This document shows positions 45,324-57,712 of a stretch of DNA of 64,000 nucleotides, piece after piece. The DNA comes from an uncultured Gemmatimonadales bacterium (GTDB taxonomy: Bacteria; Gemmatimonadota; Gemmatimonadetes; Gemmatimonadales; GWC2-71-9). A program made the position numbers and the translations under genes. Where the stretch lies: contig CAVZZO010000003.1 of the NCBI GenBank assembly GCA_963779755.1, positions 32,001 through 96,000 on the forward strand, read 5' to 3'. The notes under the pieces are model-generated. The model was not told the origin of the DNA and did not search any database. It was given only the letters and a program-made list of their open reading frames with translations. Each line of letters opens with the position of its first letter. Positions within the stretch are counted from its first letter, which is position 1.

Positions 45324-47712
45324 ATGCCGTTCCGGCTTCTTCCCCTCCTGCTGCTGGGCACGCTTGCCGCGCCCGTCGCCCTGTGCGCCCAGGAACCCGC
45401 CACGCCGCCCGTGGTGGACAGCCTCGCGGTGACCGGCAACCAGCGCCTCACCCGGGCCCAGATCCTGGGCACCGCCAACCTCAAGACCGGGCAGGCGATC
45501 AGCTACCGGGATATCCAGCGAGCCATCGCCGCCCTGTGGGCCACGGGGCAGTTCGACGATGTCCGGGTGGACCAGGATCTGCAGGGCGAGCAGCTTATCC
45601 TGGTCCTCCGGGTCAAGGAACGTCCCATCCTGGTGAACTGGTCGGTCCGGGGCGTGAACAAACTGTCCGAGCGGCGGGTCAAGGAACGCGTGAAGCTGAG
45701 CTCGGGCAAGCCGGTAGATCGCGCCTCCGTCGCCCGCGCCGTGGCCGGGATCGATTCCCTCTACCGGGAGAACGGCTATTACGCCGCCAGCACCCGGGTG
45801 GAGGAAGCCACCGTCCCCCGGGGGATCCAGATTGCCTTCGTGGTGAACGAGGGAAGCCGCGTGGCCGTGAGCCAGGTGGTGGTGGAGGGCAACGACAGCC
45901 TCTCGGATAAGGACATCGTCAAGCACATGGCGGTTCATCCGGAGGGCTTCTGGTGGTTCCAGCCCGGGCGGTTCGACCAGGAAGAGCTCGATCGCGACGT
46001 GCGCGAGCGGCTGCCCGACTTCTACGGCCAGCACGGGTTCATCGATTTCCACGTCCTGGACGATACCCTGGTGTCGGATACCGGCACCGGCAAGGCGTCG
46101 CTCACCCTCAAGGTGCAGGAGGGGCCCCAGTACCGCGTGGGCACCTTCGAGATCGAAGGCAACCGCCGCTTCAGCACCGAGGAGCTGAGTCTCTACTATC
46201 CCTTCGGGACCTCGGTGGCGCCGGGCGCGCCCGATACCGTGGCCGGCGCCCACCCCCCGTTCGATCGCGCCGCGTGGGATGCCGCCACCGACAAGATCCA
46301 CACCCTGTACGGGAACTGGGGCTACATCTACGCCGATATCCAGCCGGTGGAACAGCGGCGCACCGCTCCCGACGGCACCCACTATCGTGGACCTGGCCTG
46401 GAGAATCCAGGAAGGCCAGGTAGCCACCATCAACAAGGTGAACATCGTCGGGAATGACGTCACCCACGAACGGGTGATCCGGGACGCCATCGTGCTGCTG
46501 CCGGGCGCGGTCTTCAGCCAGGAGCGGCTGATCCGGTCCTACCAGAACATCTCCAACCTGGGGTTCTTCCAGCAGCCGTTGCCGTTCCCCGACGTTCAGC
46601 GGGCGGCCAACGGCGTGGACGTGGATATCACCTTCCGGGTGGAGGAGCGGCGCACCGGCAACTTCAACTTCGGCGCGTCGCTGGGGCAGGGCTATGGCGT
46701 GGGCGGGTTCTTCGGCATCGAGGAGCCCAATCTCTTCGGCCGGGGCAAACGGATCCGCTTCCAGTGGCAGTTCGGGTCCAACATCAACGATTTCACCCTG
46801 AGCTACACCGACCCGGCCATCCGCGACAGCCGGATCTCCGGTACCGTCACGCTCTTCAATTCCCGCCAGCGGTTCACCGTGGGCGACCTCGGCCGCCGCC
46901 GGCAGGAAGGCGGCAATCTGCAGCTGGGGTTCCCCTTCTTCGGCTCGCGCTATACCCGGCTCTTCGCGTCCTACGGCTATCAGCGCATCCGTTTCACCGA
47001 GGGATCGGCCGACCTGCGGGCCCAGTTCAGCTGCTCCAGCTGCAGCCGCTCGACCGTCGGCCTGACCCTGCTCCGGGACACCCGGGTGGACCTGCCGTTC
47101 CCCACCGGGGGCACCATGGCGTCCGCGTCGGTGGAGCAGGACGGGGGGGTGCTGGGCGGCACCGGCAACTACCAGAAGGTGGATCTCGAAGGCCGCTGGT
47201 ATGCTCCCCTCGGCACCATCGGCGGCACCCCCCAGTTCGGGACCGGCGTCAAGCTGGTTCTGGGCCTCACCGCCAAGTCGGGCTTCATCTTCGGCGACGC
47301 GGGGCCGTTCTTTACCGAGCTGTACTCCATGGGCGGGACCCAGTTCGGGATCCCCCTGCGCGGGTACGACGAGTTCTCCATCACCCCCAACGGCTACGAT
47401 GCCAACGCGAGCAGCGGCAGCGCCGCGGCCAGCTCCTTCGGGAAGGCCTACGCGGCCTTTACCCTGGAGGCAGGCGCCCGGCTGAGCCAGTCTCTATATT
47501 TCTCGGCATTCTTCGATGCCGGGAACGTCTATCGTAATGTGCGGCAATATGATCCCAGCCGCCTGTTCCGTGGCGCCGGCCTCGGCGTCGCGGTGATTTC
47601 GCCCCTGGGCCCCATCGGGATCGACCTGGGCTACGGGTTCGATCGCCTCAACGTCAATGGGCAACCCGCGCCGGGCTGGAAACTCCACTTCAAGCTCGGC
47701 CAATTCTTCTAA
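45324..47712 (+). CDS. bamA: Outer-membrane assembly factor BamA (one frameshift near 46380, probably an assembly error)
   Basis: Signal peptide and POTRA repeats (GNQR, GNRRF) in one frame; LRGY, SPLGPI and terminal F in the +1 frame. Confidence 0.93.
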
Positions 47713-47726
47713 CCCGGAGTAAGGGA

Positions 47727-48272
47727 ATGCGCACGGTTTCAAAAGTCTGGCTGGCCTCGGCGGCCCTGTTGCTCGTGGGCGCGCTGGCACGTCCCGCGGC
47801 AGCGCAGCAGGGCGCGGCCAAGATCGCCTACGTCAATACCCAGCTCATCCTCAAGCAGACGCCGGGATTCGCCCAGGCCGAATCCACGTTCAAGAAGGAA
47901 GTGGAAGGCTATCGGGCCGAGGTGCAGCAGCTCCAGTCCAAGCTGGACTCCGCCGCCGCCGCTTTCGATCGCGACGCCGTGCTGCTGAGCCCCAGCGCCC
48001 GGGAGTCCAAGCGGAAGGAGCTGCAGGACCAGCAGACCTCGCTGGAGAGCCGGATGCAGGAGTTGCGCGACCGGGCCTCCCAGCGCGAGCAGGAACTGCT
48101 CGACCCGATCCAGGCCCGCATCTCTACCGTGATCAACGGGATCAGGGCCGAGGGGAACTATTCGATGATCTTCGACATCGCGGTTCTGGGGAACGGCGTT
48201 CTGGCGGCGGACAAGTCGCTCGACCTGACCGACACGGTCATCAAACGGCTGCAGCCCGCCGCGGGCAAGTAG
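47727..48272 (+). CDS. skp: OmpH/Skp chaperone
   Basis: KIAYVN, coiled coil, DLTDTVIKRL; position between bamA and lpxD. Confidence 0.92.
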   Translation: MRTVSKVWLASAALLLVGALARPAAAQQGAAKIAYVNTQLILKQTPGFAQAESTFKKEVEGYRAEVQQLQSKLDSAAAAFDRDAVLLSPSARESKRKELQDQQTSLESRMQELRDRASQREQELLDPIQARISTVINGIRAEGNYSMIFDIAVLGNGVLAADKSLDLTDTVIKRLQPAAGK

Positions 48273-48275
48273 GCC

Positions 48276-49322
48276 GTGAGCGGCACGGGGCTTACCGCGC
48301 AGGCGGTCGCCGATTCGGTCGGTGGCCGCCTGCTTGGCGATGGTACGGTAATCCTGCGGCGGATCGCGCCGCTGGACCGCGCCGGGCCCGATGCGCTCTC
48401 GTTTCTTGTTTCGGCCCGATACGTCCCGTATTTTCGCACCTCGGCGGCCGGGGCCGTGCTGCTGGCCGAGGGGCAGGCGTCCCTGGACCAGGGGCCCGCC
48501 ACCCGTATCGTCGTGGCCGATCCCTACCAGGCGCTGCTGGCGGTGCTGCCGCAGCTCTACCCCGCCGAAGCGCCCGAGCCGGGCGTGCACCCGTCCTGCC
48601 TCCTGGGGCCGGGCACCGTCCTGGGCGAAGCCGTCACGCTCGGTCCCGGCTGCGTGGTGGGGCGGAACGTCCGGCTGGGCGACCACTGCCGGCTGGGGCC
48701 CGGCGTCGTTCTGGAGGACGCGGTCACCGTCGGTGCCGGAAGCCGGCTGGGCCCGCGGGTCGTGTGCCACCAGGGGGTACAGCTGGGCGAGCGCGTGGTG
48801 GTCCAGGCAGGGGCCGTGCTCGGCGGGCAGGGGTTCGGCTACCGGCAGGAGGACGGCCGCCACCGCCACATTCCCCACGTGGGTGGCTGCATCCTGGAGG
48901 ACGAGGTCGAGATCGGGGCCAACACCTGCGTCGATCGCGGCAGCGTGGATGATACGATTATCGGTGCCGGGAGCAAGATCGACAACCTGGTGCATGTCGC
49001 GCACAACGTCCGGATCGGCCGGCGCTGTCTCATCATGGCCTGCTGCGGCATCGCGGGAAGCGCCCGGATTGGCGACGATGTGATCATCGCCGGGGCGGTG
49101 GGTATCGCCGACCACATCACCATCGGCGCCGGGGCCCGCATTGCCGCCAAGAGCGCCGTCTACGGCGACGTGCCCGCGGGCGCCACCTATGGGGGCTATC
49201 CCGCGCGGCCCCACCGGGAGTTCCTGCGGCATCACGCCGCCGTCAACCGGCTGATCCCGCACCTGAAAGAGCTCGAATCCCTGATCCGGGAGCGGACGCA
49301 ACGTGCCCAGAACGACGATTGA
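48276..49322 (+). CDS. lpxD: UDP-3-O-acylglucosamine N-acyltransferase
   Basis: Hexapeptide repeats, GFGY, VEIGANTCVDRG, KIDNLVHVAHNV. Confidence 0.95.
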   Translation: MSGTGLTAQAVADSVGGRLLGDGTVILRRIAPLDRAGPDALSFLVSARYVPYFRTSAAGAVLLAEGQASLDQGPATRIVVADPYQALLAVLPQLYPAEAPEPGVHPSCLLGPGTVLGEAVTLGPGCVVGRNVRLGDHCRLGPGVVLEDAVTVGAGSRLGPRVVCHQGVQLGERVVVQAGAVLGGQGFGYRQEDGRHRHIPHVGGCILEDEVEIGANTCVDRGSVDDTIIGAGSKIDNLVHVAHNVRIGRRCLIMACCGIAGSARIGDDVIIAGAVGIADHITIGAGARIAAKSAVYGDVPAGATYGGYPARPHREFLRHHAAVNRLIPHLKELESLIRERTQRAQNDD

Positions 49323-50577
49323 CCAACCCGTATCGCTGGACGGGGTCGGACTGCACACCGGCGCGGCCACCCGCGTCACCTGCCGCCCGGCCGACCCGGG
49401 CCACGGCGTGGTGTTCCGGCGCATGGATCTGGAAGGCCATCCCGACATCCCGGCCCGGCTGAACGAGGTTACCGAGACCGAGCGGCGGACCACGCTGGGG
49501 GAAGGCGAGCGCGCCATCCACACCGTGGAGCATCTCCTGGCCGCGACCGCCGTGCTGGAGCTGGACGACCTGGTCATCGAGCTCGATGGCCCAGAGCCGC
49601 CGGTGCTCGACGGTTCCTTCGCCCCCTGGCTGGAGCTGTTGCGCGGCGCCGGCCTGCGGAAACAGGAGGGCGAGCCGACCATCTACCGGATCACGGCGCC
49701 ACTCCAGGTCAGCGAAGGCGACGCCGCCTACGTGGTGAGCCCCGCGCGCAGGCTCCGCCTCACGACCACCATCGAGTGGGATCACCCCCTGATCGGCCGG
49801 CAGGTGGGCGACTGGGACATCACGCCCGAGACGTTCGGCGCCGAGCTGGCCCCGGCGCGCACCTTCGGCTTCGCCAGCGAGGTGGAATCGCTGCGCGAAC
49901 GGGGCCTCATTCGCGGCGCCTCCACCGAGAACGCCGTCGTGCTGGGCGACACCGGCGTGCTCGGCACCACGCTGCGCTGGCCCGACGAATTCGTCCGCCA
50001 CAAGGCGGGGGACATTCTGGGCGACCTGGCGCTGCTGGGCGGCCGGATCCAGGCGCATATCATCGCCACCCGGCCCTGTCACAAGGGCAATATCGCGCTG
50101 GCCCGCGCTATCGCCCGTACCGGGACCCGCTCCGGCGAAGTCACCATGGATATCGGCCGGATCCTGGACTACATCCCCCACCGCTATCCCTTCCTTCTGG
50201 TCGACCGGATCATCGAAGTCGAGGGCAACCGGAGGATCGTCGGCATCAAGAACGTCACCATCAACGAGCCGTTTTTCCAGGGACATTTCCCCGGCCACCC
50301 AATCATGCCCGGTGTGCTCATTATCGAGGCCATGGCCCAGGTGGGTGGCATGCTGCTGCTGGGCTGCCTGGTCGAGGAGAGCCACGACAAGGTCGTCTAT
50401 TTCATGTCGCTCGACAACGTCAAGTTCCGCCGGCCGGTGACGCCGGGCGACCAGCTGCGCTGCGAGTTGGAGATGACTCAGTTCCGGGGCAAGACCTGCC
50501 GCATGAAAGGCGTGGCGCTGGTGGATGGCCAGGTGGTGGCGGAAGCCGAGATGATGGCCCGTGTGGTGGACCGGTGA
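49303..50577 (+). CDS. lpxC/fabZ: Bifunctional LpxC-FabZ
   Basis: [41 protein letters not shown]. Confidence 0.95.
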   Translation: MPRTTIDQPVSLDGVGLHTGAATRVTCRPADPGHGVVFRRMDLEGHPDIPARLNEVTETERRTTLGEGERAIHTVEHLLAATAVLELDDLVIELDGPEPPVLDGSFAPWLELLRGAGLRKQEGEPTIYRITAPLQVSEGDAAYVVSPARRLRLTTTIEWDHPLIGRQVGDWDITPETFGAELAPARTFGFASEVESLRERGLIRGASTENAVVLGDTGVLGTTLRWPDEFVRHKAGDILGDLALLGGRIQAHIIATRPCHKGNIALARAIARTGTRSGEVTMDIGRILDYIPHRYPFLLVDRIIEVEGNRRIVGIKNVTINEPFFQGHFPGHPIMPGVLIIEAMAQVGGMLLLGCLVEESHDKVVYFMSLDNVKFRRPVTPGDQLRCELEMTQFRGKTCRMKGVALVDGQVVAEAEMMARVVDR

Positions 50578-51347
50578 GCGGCATTCACCCCACCGCCCTC
50601 ATCGATCCGGCCGCCCGGATCGGCGCCGGCGTCCGCATCGGGCCCTACAGCATCCTCGGACCGGATGTCGAGGTGGGCGACGAGTGCGTGCTCGGCCCCC
50701 ATGTGGTGCTGGAACAGAACGTCCGGCTCGCGGCCGGAGTGGAGGTCGGCAGCGGCTCCATCCTGGGCGGCAGACCCCAGGACCTCAAGTACCGGGGAGA
50801 GGAAACCTGGGTGGAGGTGGGAGAGGGCTGCCGCCTGCGCGAGTTCGTCACTGTCAACCGTGGTACCCACGCCCGTGGCCGCACCGTCGTGGGCGCCCAC
50901 TGCTTCCTCATGAGCTACGTGCACCTGGGGCACGACTGCCAGCTGGGTGATGGCGTCATCATCGCCAACGGTACCCAGCTGGCGGGCCATGTCACGGTCC
51001 ACGACCGCGCCCAGCTCAGCGCCCTCATCGGCGTGCACCAGTTCGTCACCATCGGCTCGTTCTGCTTCGTGGGCGGGATGACCCGGGTCAACCAGGACAT
51101 CCCGCCCTTCGTCAAGGCGGTGGGCAATCCGATGGAACTCTACGGGCTGAATACCATCGGCCTGCAGCGGGCCGGCTTCACGCCCGACGTGCTGAACGCC
51201 CTGAAGCGGGCCTACCGGCTCTTCTTCAACTCCGACTATAACCTCTCCCAGGCGGCGGAACGCGCCCGGACCGAGCTCCCGGGCATTCCGGAAGTCGAGC
51301 AGTTCGTCGCCTTCGTGGAATCCTCCGAGCGCGGGGTGCCGGCATGA
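50574..51347 (+). CDS. lpxA: UDP-GlcNAc acyltransferase
   Basis: IHPTALID, PQDLKY, HLGHDC, VHQF, QDIPPF. Confidence 0.95.
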   Translation: MSGIHPTALIDPAARIGAGVRIGPYSILGPDVEVGDECVLGPHVVLEQNVRLAAGVEVGSGSILGGRPQDLKYRGEETWVEVGEGCRLREFVTVNRGTHARGRTVVGAHCFLMSYVHLGHDCQLGDGVIIANGTQLAGHVTVHDRAQLSALIGVHQFVTIGSFCFVGGMTRVNQDIPPFVKAVGNPMELYGLNTIGLQRAGFTPDVLNALKRAYRLFFNSDYNLSQAAERARTELPGIPEVEQFVAFVESSERGVPA

Positions 51348-52324
51348 GCGCGCGCCTGCCGGTGGGCGTGATCGGGGTCGGGGCGCTGGGGACCCACCAC
51401 GCCCGTCATCTGTCGCAGCTGGACGGAGTCGAACTGGTCGGGGTGCACGATCTGCGGCCGGAACAGGCCACGCAGGTGGCCGAGCGCACGGGGACCCGCG
51501 CCTTCACCGATCCTGACGACCTGCTGCGCCGGGTGCGGGCGGTGAGCATCGCGGTTCCCACCCCGGCCCACGCCGAGGTCGGCGTCCGGGCGCTGGAAGC
51601 GGGTGTGGCCGTACTCATGGAGAAGCCGCTCGCCGCCACTCTGGAGGATGCCGACCGGCTGGTGGCGGCGGCGGCCCGGGGCCGCCACCTGCTGCAGGTG
51701 GGACACATCGAGCGCTTCAACCGCGCGGTGCGGGCGGCCCACCCCTACCTGGCGGAGCCCCGCTACCTGGAGAGTATGCGGCTCGCGCCCTTCCAGCCCC
51801 GGGGCACCGATGTCGCGGTCATTCTCGACCTCATGATCCACGACCTCGACCTCATCCTCCATCTGCTGGGCGGGGGGGAAGCCGCCGACGTGCGGGCCTC
51901 CGGCGTGGCCGTGCTCTCCAACCACCTGGATATGGCGAATGCCCGGGTGGAGTTCGCCAACGGCGCCGTCGCCAACGTCACGGCCAGCCGCATGGCTCGA
52001 GACCGCATGCGCAAGCTCCGCATCTTTCAGCGCACCGGGTACTTCTCACTCGACCTGGGAACCGGGGGCGGCGAGTTCATGCGGCTGCGCCCCGGGTGGC
52101 GCCCCGGCCCCAACCAGAAGCTGGAAGACATCGTCGAGCGTATCGCGCTCGATGCGCCGGAAGCCGACGCGCTGCGGCTGGAGCTGGAGAGCTTCGTGCG
52201 GAGTGTCTCCGGTAGCACGCAATCGGGGGTCAGCGGGGAGGAAGGTCGTGCCGCGGTGGCGCTGGCCCTGCAGGTGCTCGACGCCGTACAACGCTCGCCG
52301 GTTCTGGCCACCCCACCGGCATGA
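51344..52324 (+). CDS. Gfo/Idh/MocA oxidoreductase (GnnA-like)
   Basis: GVGALG, EKP, VGHIERFN, LDLMIHDLD; between lpxA and lpxB. Confidence 0.85.
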   Translation: MSARLPVGVIGVGALGTHHARHLSQLDGVELVGVHDLRPEQATQVAERTGTRAFTDPDDLLRRVRAVSIAVPTPAHAEVGVRALEAGVAVLMEKPLAATLEDADRLVAAAARGRHLLQVGHIERFNRAVRAAHPYLAEPRYLESMRLAPFQPRGTDVAVILDLMIHDLDLILHLLGGGEAADVRASGVAVLSNHLDMANARVEFANGAVANVTASRMARDRMRKLRIFQRTGYFSLDLGTGGGEFMRLRPGWRPGPNQKLEDIVERIALDAPEADALRLELESFVRSVSGSTQSGVSGEEGRAAVALALQVLDAVQRSPVLATPPA

Positions 52325-53448
52325 CCCTGGCAGGGCCGGTGCGGGTGTTCGTGTCGGCCGGAGAGCCGTCCGGCGATCTGCATGGCGCCGGCGTCGTGGC
52401 GGCGCTGCGCCGCCGGCTGCCGGGCGTCGAGATCGACGCCTTCGGCGGGCCGGCCATGGCCGCCGAGGGGGCCGCCGTGGCCTATCACATGGAGCAATAC
52501 AGCGCCCTCGGCCTGGTCGAGGTCGTCCACTCCATCCCGGCCCACTACCGGCTGCTCCGCACCCTGCGCCGGCGCTTCCGCAGCCGCCGCTACGACCTCG
52601 TCCTCCTGATCGACTATCCCGGCTTCAATGTCCGGCTGGCCCGGGATGCGCACCAGGCCGGCAGCCGGGTCCTCTACTTCATCCCGCCGGCGCTCTGGGC
52701 ATGGCGCCCGGGCCGGGCCAGGCATCTCCGCGGCGTGGCCGACCGCGTGGCCGTCCCCCTCCCGTTCGAGGAGCGGTTCCTCCGGGGCCTGGGTATTCCG
52801 GCCGAGTTCGTCGGCCATCCCATCGTCGACCGGGCGGCGCACGCGCCCTCTCGCGAGGAGGCGCGCCGCCAGCTCGAAATCCCGGCTGAAGCGCGGGTCC
52901 TCGCTATCTTTCCCGGGAGCCGGGCGCAGGAAGTGCGGAACCACTGGCGCCATTTCCGCGATGCCGCGCTGGCACTGCTGGACGAAGGCGCCTGCGACCG
53001 CGTGATCATGGCCTCTACCCCGGTCGGGGAATATCCCGATCCCGGCGCCATCCGGCCCGTGGACGGCAACTCGCTCGCGGTGCTGGCCGCGGCCGATGCG
53101 GTGCTGGCGAAGTCCGGCACTACCACGCTGGAAGCGGCGCTCACGGACACGCCCATGGTGGTGGCCTACCGCACCAACCCGCTTACCTACCGGCTGGCCC
53201 GGATGCTGGTGCGGGTACGCTGGATCAGCCTGGTGAATCTGGTGGCCGAGATCGAAGTGGTGCCGGAGCTGCATCAGCAGGAGGTGAATGCCCAGCGCCT
53301 GCGCGACGAGCTCCGGCCGCTGCTCGATCCGGCGCACCCGAAGACCGTGGCCCAGCACGCCGGGCTCGAGCTGGTGCGGCAACGCCTGGGCCCTCCAGGA
53401 GCCACCGAGCGGGTGGCGGCCATGGCGGCCGAGTTGCTGGGCCAATGA
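52321..53448 (+). CDS. lpxB: Lipid-A-disaccharide synthase
   Basis: AGEPSGDLHG, IDYPGFN, WAWR, FVGHP, PGSR, KSGT. Confidence 0.95.
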   Translation: MTLAGPVRVFVSAGEPSGDLHGAGVVAALRRRLPGVEIDAFGGPAMAAEGAAVAYHMEQYSALGLVEVVHSIPAHYRLLRTLRRRFRSRRYDLVLLIDYPGFNVRLARDAHQAGSRVLYFIPPALWAWRPGRARHLRGVADRVAVPLPFEERFLRGLGIPAEFVGHPIVDRAAHAPSREEARRQLEIPAEARVLAIFPGSRAQEVRNHWRHFRDAALALLDEGACDRVIMASTPVGEYPDPGAIRPVDGNSLAVLAAADAVLAKSGTTTLEAALTDTPMVVAYRTNPLTYRLARMLVRVRWISLVNLVAEIEVVPELHQQEVNAQRLRDELRPLLDPAHPKTVAQHAGLELVRQRLGPPGATERVAAMAAELLGQ

Positions 53449-54104
53449 GGTGGCGGCTGCCGCCGGCATTCGCCCAGGCGCTGGCCGGTCCGGCAGCAGG
53501 GCTCCTGGCGCGCAGTTGGCGCATGCGCACGCTGCATGAGGAACGCTGGCGGGCATTGCGGAAGGAAGGCCGGGGCTTCGTCTTCCTCTGCTGGCACGAA
53601 GCGCTCCTGCCGCTGCTCTGGTACCATCGCCGGCAGGAGATCACCATCGTGGTGAGCGAGGCTCGCGACGGACAGTACCTGGCCGACTTCGCCGAGCGCA
53701 TCGGTTACCGGCTGGTGCGCGGCTCCAGCACCCGTGGGGCCATGCGCGCCTTGCTGGGAGCGGTCCGGGAGCTGGAAGACGGCTACGCCGTGGCCTTCAC
53801 CCCGGATGGGCCGAAGGGCCCGCGACGGGAGCTGAAACCGGGAGCGGTGGCGGCGGCGCAGCGCGCCGGCCGGCCGGTACTGCCGCTACACGCCCAGGCG
53901 GACCGGGCATGGCGGTTCCACTCCTGGGACCGGTTCATGCTGCCGAAGCCGCTGGCCCGGGTCCGGATCGCCTATGGCGAGCCGTTCCGGGTGACCCCCG
54001 GGCCGGCGGGACTGAGCGAAGGCCTGGAACGGGCGGTGGAAGCGATGCGACACATTACTCGAGAGGTCGAATGCCCCGACGGCGCGGCGACACCCACCGG
54101 CTGA
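53445..54104 (+). CDS. DUF374 lysophospholipid acyltransferase (LpxJ-like)
   Basis: CWH, S..RDG, VRGSSTRG, TPDGPKGP, SWDRF.LPKP. Confidence 0.85.
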   Translation: MRWRLPPAFAQALAGPAAGLLARSWRMRTLHEERWRALRKEGRGFVFLCWHEALLPLLWYHRRQEITIVVSEARDGQYLADFAERIGYRLVRGSSTRGAMRALLGAVRELEDGYAVAFTPDGPKGPRRELKPGAVAAAQRAGRPVLPLHAQADRAWRFHSWDRFMLPKPLARVRIAYGEPFRVTPGPAGLSEGLERAVEAMRHITREVECPDGAATPTG

Positions 54105-55120
54105 TCCGCTGGCTCTGGACCAGCCGGCGGCTCGATGCCCGGCTGGCGCGCCTCGGCCTCCTGCCGGCGGCGGGCCTCTGGTGGGCCGGTATGGGGCTGC
54201 GCACCCGCGCCTACCGGCGCGGCTGGCTGCCGGTGCACGACCTGCCGCTGCCCTCGGTCGCCGTCGGGAACCTTACCGTGGGCGGCTCGGGCAAGACGCC
54301 GGTCGCGATCTGGATCGCGCGCTATTTCGCCGGGCGGGGCCTGCGGCCCGGTATCCTGCTGCGGGGCTACGGCGGCGACGAGACCCTGGTGCACGAGCGG
54401 GCCCTCCCCGGCGCGGTGGTGATCGCCGACGCCGACCGGGCCGCGGGCGCCGAGCGCGCGCTCGCGCGCGGGGCGCAGGTCCTGGTGCTGGACGATGCCT
54501 TTCAGCGCCTGGATGTCCACCGGGATTACAACCTCGCCGTGGTGAGCGCGGAGACCACCCGGGCGGTCCGCTGGCCGCTGCCCGCCGGGCCCTGGCGCGA
54601 GGGACTTCCCTCGCTGCGGCGCGCCGACGCGGTGGTGGTGACCCGCAAGCGCGCCAGCCTGGATACGGCGCTGAGCCTGGCTTCGCGCCTGCTCGCTCGG
54701 GTCGAGGTGCCGGTGGGGGTAGCGCACCTGGGGCTGGCCCGGCTGGAGGGGCTGCTCTCCGGGACGGTGCATCCGCCCGCCGCGCTCCAGGGCCGGCGCG
54801 TGGTGGCCGCCTCGGCCATCGCCGATCCGGAGGCCTTCGTGGTGCAGACCAAGGCCACCGGGGCGGCGGTGCAGGTGGCCACCTGGAAGGACCATTACGC
54901 GTATCGGGACGAAGACGTCGCCTGGCTGGGGCATGCGGCGCGCCGTGCCGACTACGTGGTGATTACCGAAAAGGATGCCGTGAAGCTGCGGCAGCGCTGG
55001 CCGAAGGACGCCCCGGAACCGCTGGTTGCCATCCTCGACCTCACCTGGGAAGAGGGGGGCGAGGATATCTGCGCGGGCCTCGACGCCGTCGTGACGCCCG
55101 TCGCCCATCTCTCACACTGA
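54071..55120 (+). CDS. lpxK: Tetraacyldisaccharide 4'-kinase
   Basis: [34 protein letters not shown]. Confidence 0.93.
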   Translation: MPRRRGDTHRLIRWLWTSRRLDARLARLGLLPAAGLWWAGMGLRTRAYRRGWLPVHDLPLPSVAVGNLTVGGSGKTPVAIWIARYFAGRGLRPGILLRGYGGDETLVHERALPGAVVIADADRAAGAERALARGAQVLVLDDAFQRLDVHRDYNLAVVSAETTRAVRWPLPAGPWREGLPSLRRADAVVVTRKRASLDTALSLASRLLARVEVPVGVAHLGLARLEGLLSGTVHPPAALQGRRVVAASAIADPEAFVVQTKATGAAVQVATWKDHYAYRDEDVAWLGHAARRADYVVITEKDAVKLRQRWPKDAPEPLVAILDLTWEEGGEDICAGLDAVVTPVAHLSH

Positions 55121-55145
55121 ATGCGTTGGAGCCGACGCCACCTAT

Positions 55146-56456
<1,311 letters not shown>

Positions 56457-56458
56457 GA

Positions 56459-56495
56459 GTGGGCAGAGCGGGCAGAATGGGCGGAATGGGCAGGC
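56459..56495 (+). repeat. Nonamer tandem repeat
   Basis: GGGCAGAGC GGGCAGAAT GGGCGGAAT GGGCAGG. Confidence 0.6.
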
Positions 56496-56501
56496 CGGTC
56501 G

Positions 56502-56954
56502 GTGAACCTCAGGCTGGTGGCGGTGGGGAAGCTGCGGCCGGCCTGCCGCGAGCTCTGCGATGAATACCTGAAGCGTCTGGGGCGCTACCTGAAGGTTGAC
56601 GAGGTGGAAGTACGGGAAGCGCGCGGGCCCGACGCCGTGGCGCGGCGCGAAGAAGCGAAGCGCCTGCTGGACCGGTGTCCGCCCCAGTCCCGGATCGTGG
56701 CGCTGGAGCGCACCGGGCGCGCCTGGACCAGCGAGGAGCTGGCCCGGCAGCTGGCACGCTGGCGCGAAGGAGGCCGGGACGTGGCCCTCGTCCTGGGCGG
56801 TTCCACGGGGCTCGACATCGTGGTGCTGGAGCGCGCCGAGGCCTGCTGGAGCCTGGGGCCGCTCACCCTGCCGCACGAACTGGCGCGGGTGGTGGCATGC
56901 GAGCAGCTGTACCGGGCGGGGACGATTCTGAAGGGCGAGCGGTACCACAAATGA
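56502..56954 (+). CDS. rlmH: 23S rRNA pseudouridine-1915 methyltransferase
   Basis: AVGK, LGGSTG, SLGPLTLPHELARV, EQLYRA, YHK. Confidence 0.95.
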   Translation: MNLRLVAVGKLRPACRELCDEYLKRLGRYLKVDEVEVREARGPDAVARREEAKRLLDRCPPQSRIVALERTGRAWTSEELARQLARWREGGRDVALVLGGSTGLDIVVLERAEACWSLGPLTLPHELARVVACEQLYRAGTILKGERYHK

Positions 56955-56998
56955 CGGTGAAGGCCGCTGACGTCTTATGCCTCATCGCTGACGGCCCC

Positions 56999-57712
56999 AT
57001 GACGGAATGGTTCGAAGAATGGTTCGGCGAGGAGTACCTCCACCTCTATCCCCACCGGGATGAAGCCGATGCCGGGCGTATGGTTGCCCTCATCCGCCGG
57101 ACGCTGCCCTGGCGCGACGGCTGGCGCGTGCTCGACGTGGGGTGCGGCGCGGGCCGGCATGCCGCCGCGCTGGAAGCGGCCGGCTCCCGGCCCGTCGGTC
57201 TGGATCTCTCCCCCAGCCTGCTCCGGCGGGCCCGCGAAGTGACCGACGCGCCGCTCATCCGCGCCGACATGCGGTGGCTGCCGGTGCGCGCGGGCAGCAT
57301 GGATCTCACGGTGAATCTCTTCACCAGCTTCGGATACTTCGCAACCGACCAGGAGCACGAACAGGCCCTGTGCGGCATGGCCCGCACGCTGCGGCCGCGG
57401 GGGTGGCTGGTGCTCGATTTTCTCAATGCCGATCACGTCCGCGAGCACCTGGTGCCCGCCGGCACCCTCGACCTCGAAGGCACCGCCGTGCCGGTCCGCC
57501 GGTGGGTAAGCCCCGACGGCCGCTACGTCCACAAGGCAATGGACACGCCGGAGCGGCGCTTTACCGAGCGGGTCCGGCTCTTCACCGCCGCCGAGCTGGA
57601 AGAGCTGCTCCGGCGGGCGGGCATCACCGTCCACCACCGGTTTGGCGGCTACGACGGTCACGCGCACGGGCCCGGCGCCCCGCGCACCATTCTCATGGGC
57701 TCGCGGGCATGA
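56999..57712 (+). CDS. Class I SAM-dependent methyltransferase (NmbA-like candidate)
   Basis: EWFEEWF..EYLHLYPHRD, LDVGCGAGRH, NLFTSFGYF; ATGA overlap with bshC. Confidence 0.88.
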   Translation: MTEWFEEWFGEEYLHLYPHRDEADAGRMVALIRRTLPWRDGWRVLDVGCGAGRHAAALEAAGSRPVGLDLSPSLLRRAREVTDAPLIRADMRWLPVRAGSMDLTVNLFTSFGYFATDQEHEQALCGMARTLRPRGWLVLDFLNADHVREHLVPAGTLDLEGTAVPVRRWVSPDGRYVHKAMDTPERRFTERVRLFTAAELEELLRRAGITVHHRFGGYDGHAHGPGAPRTILMGSRA

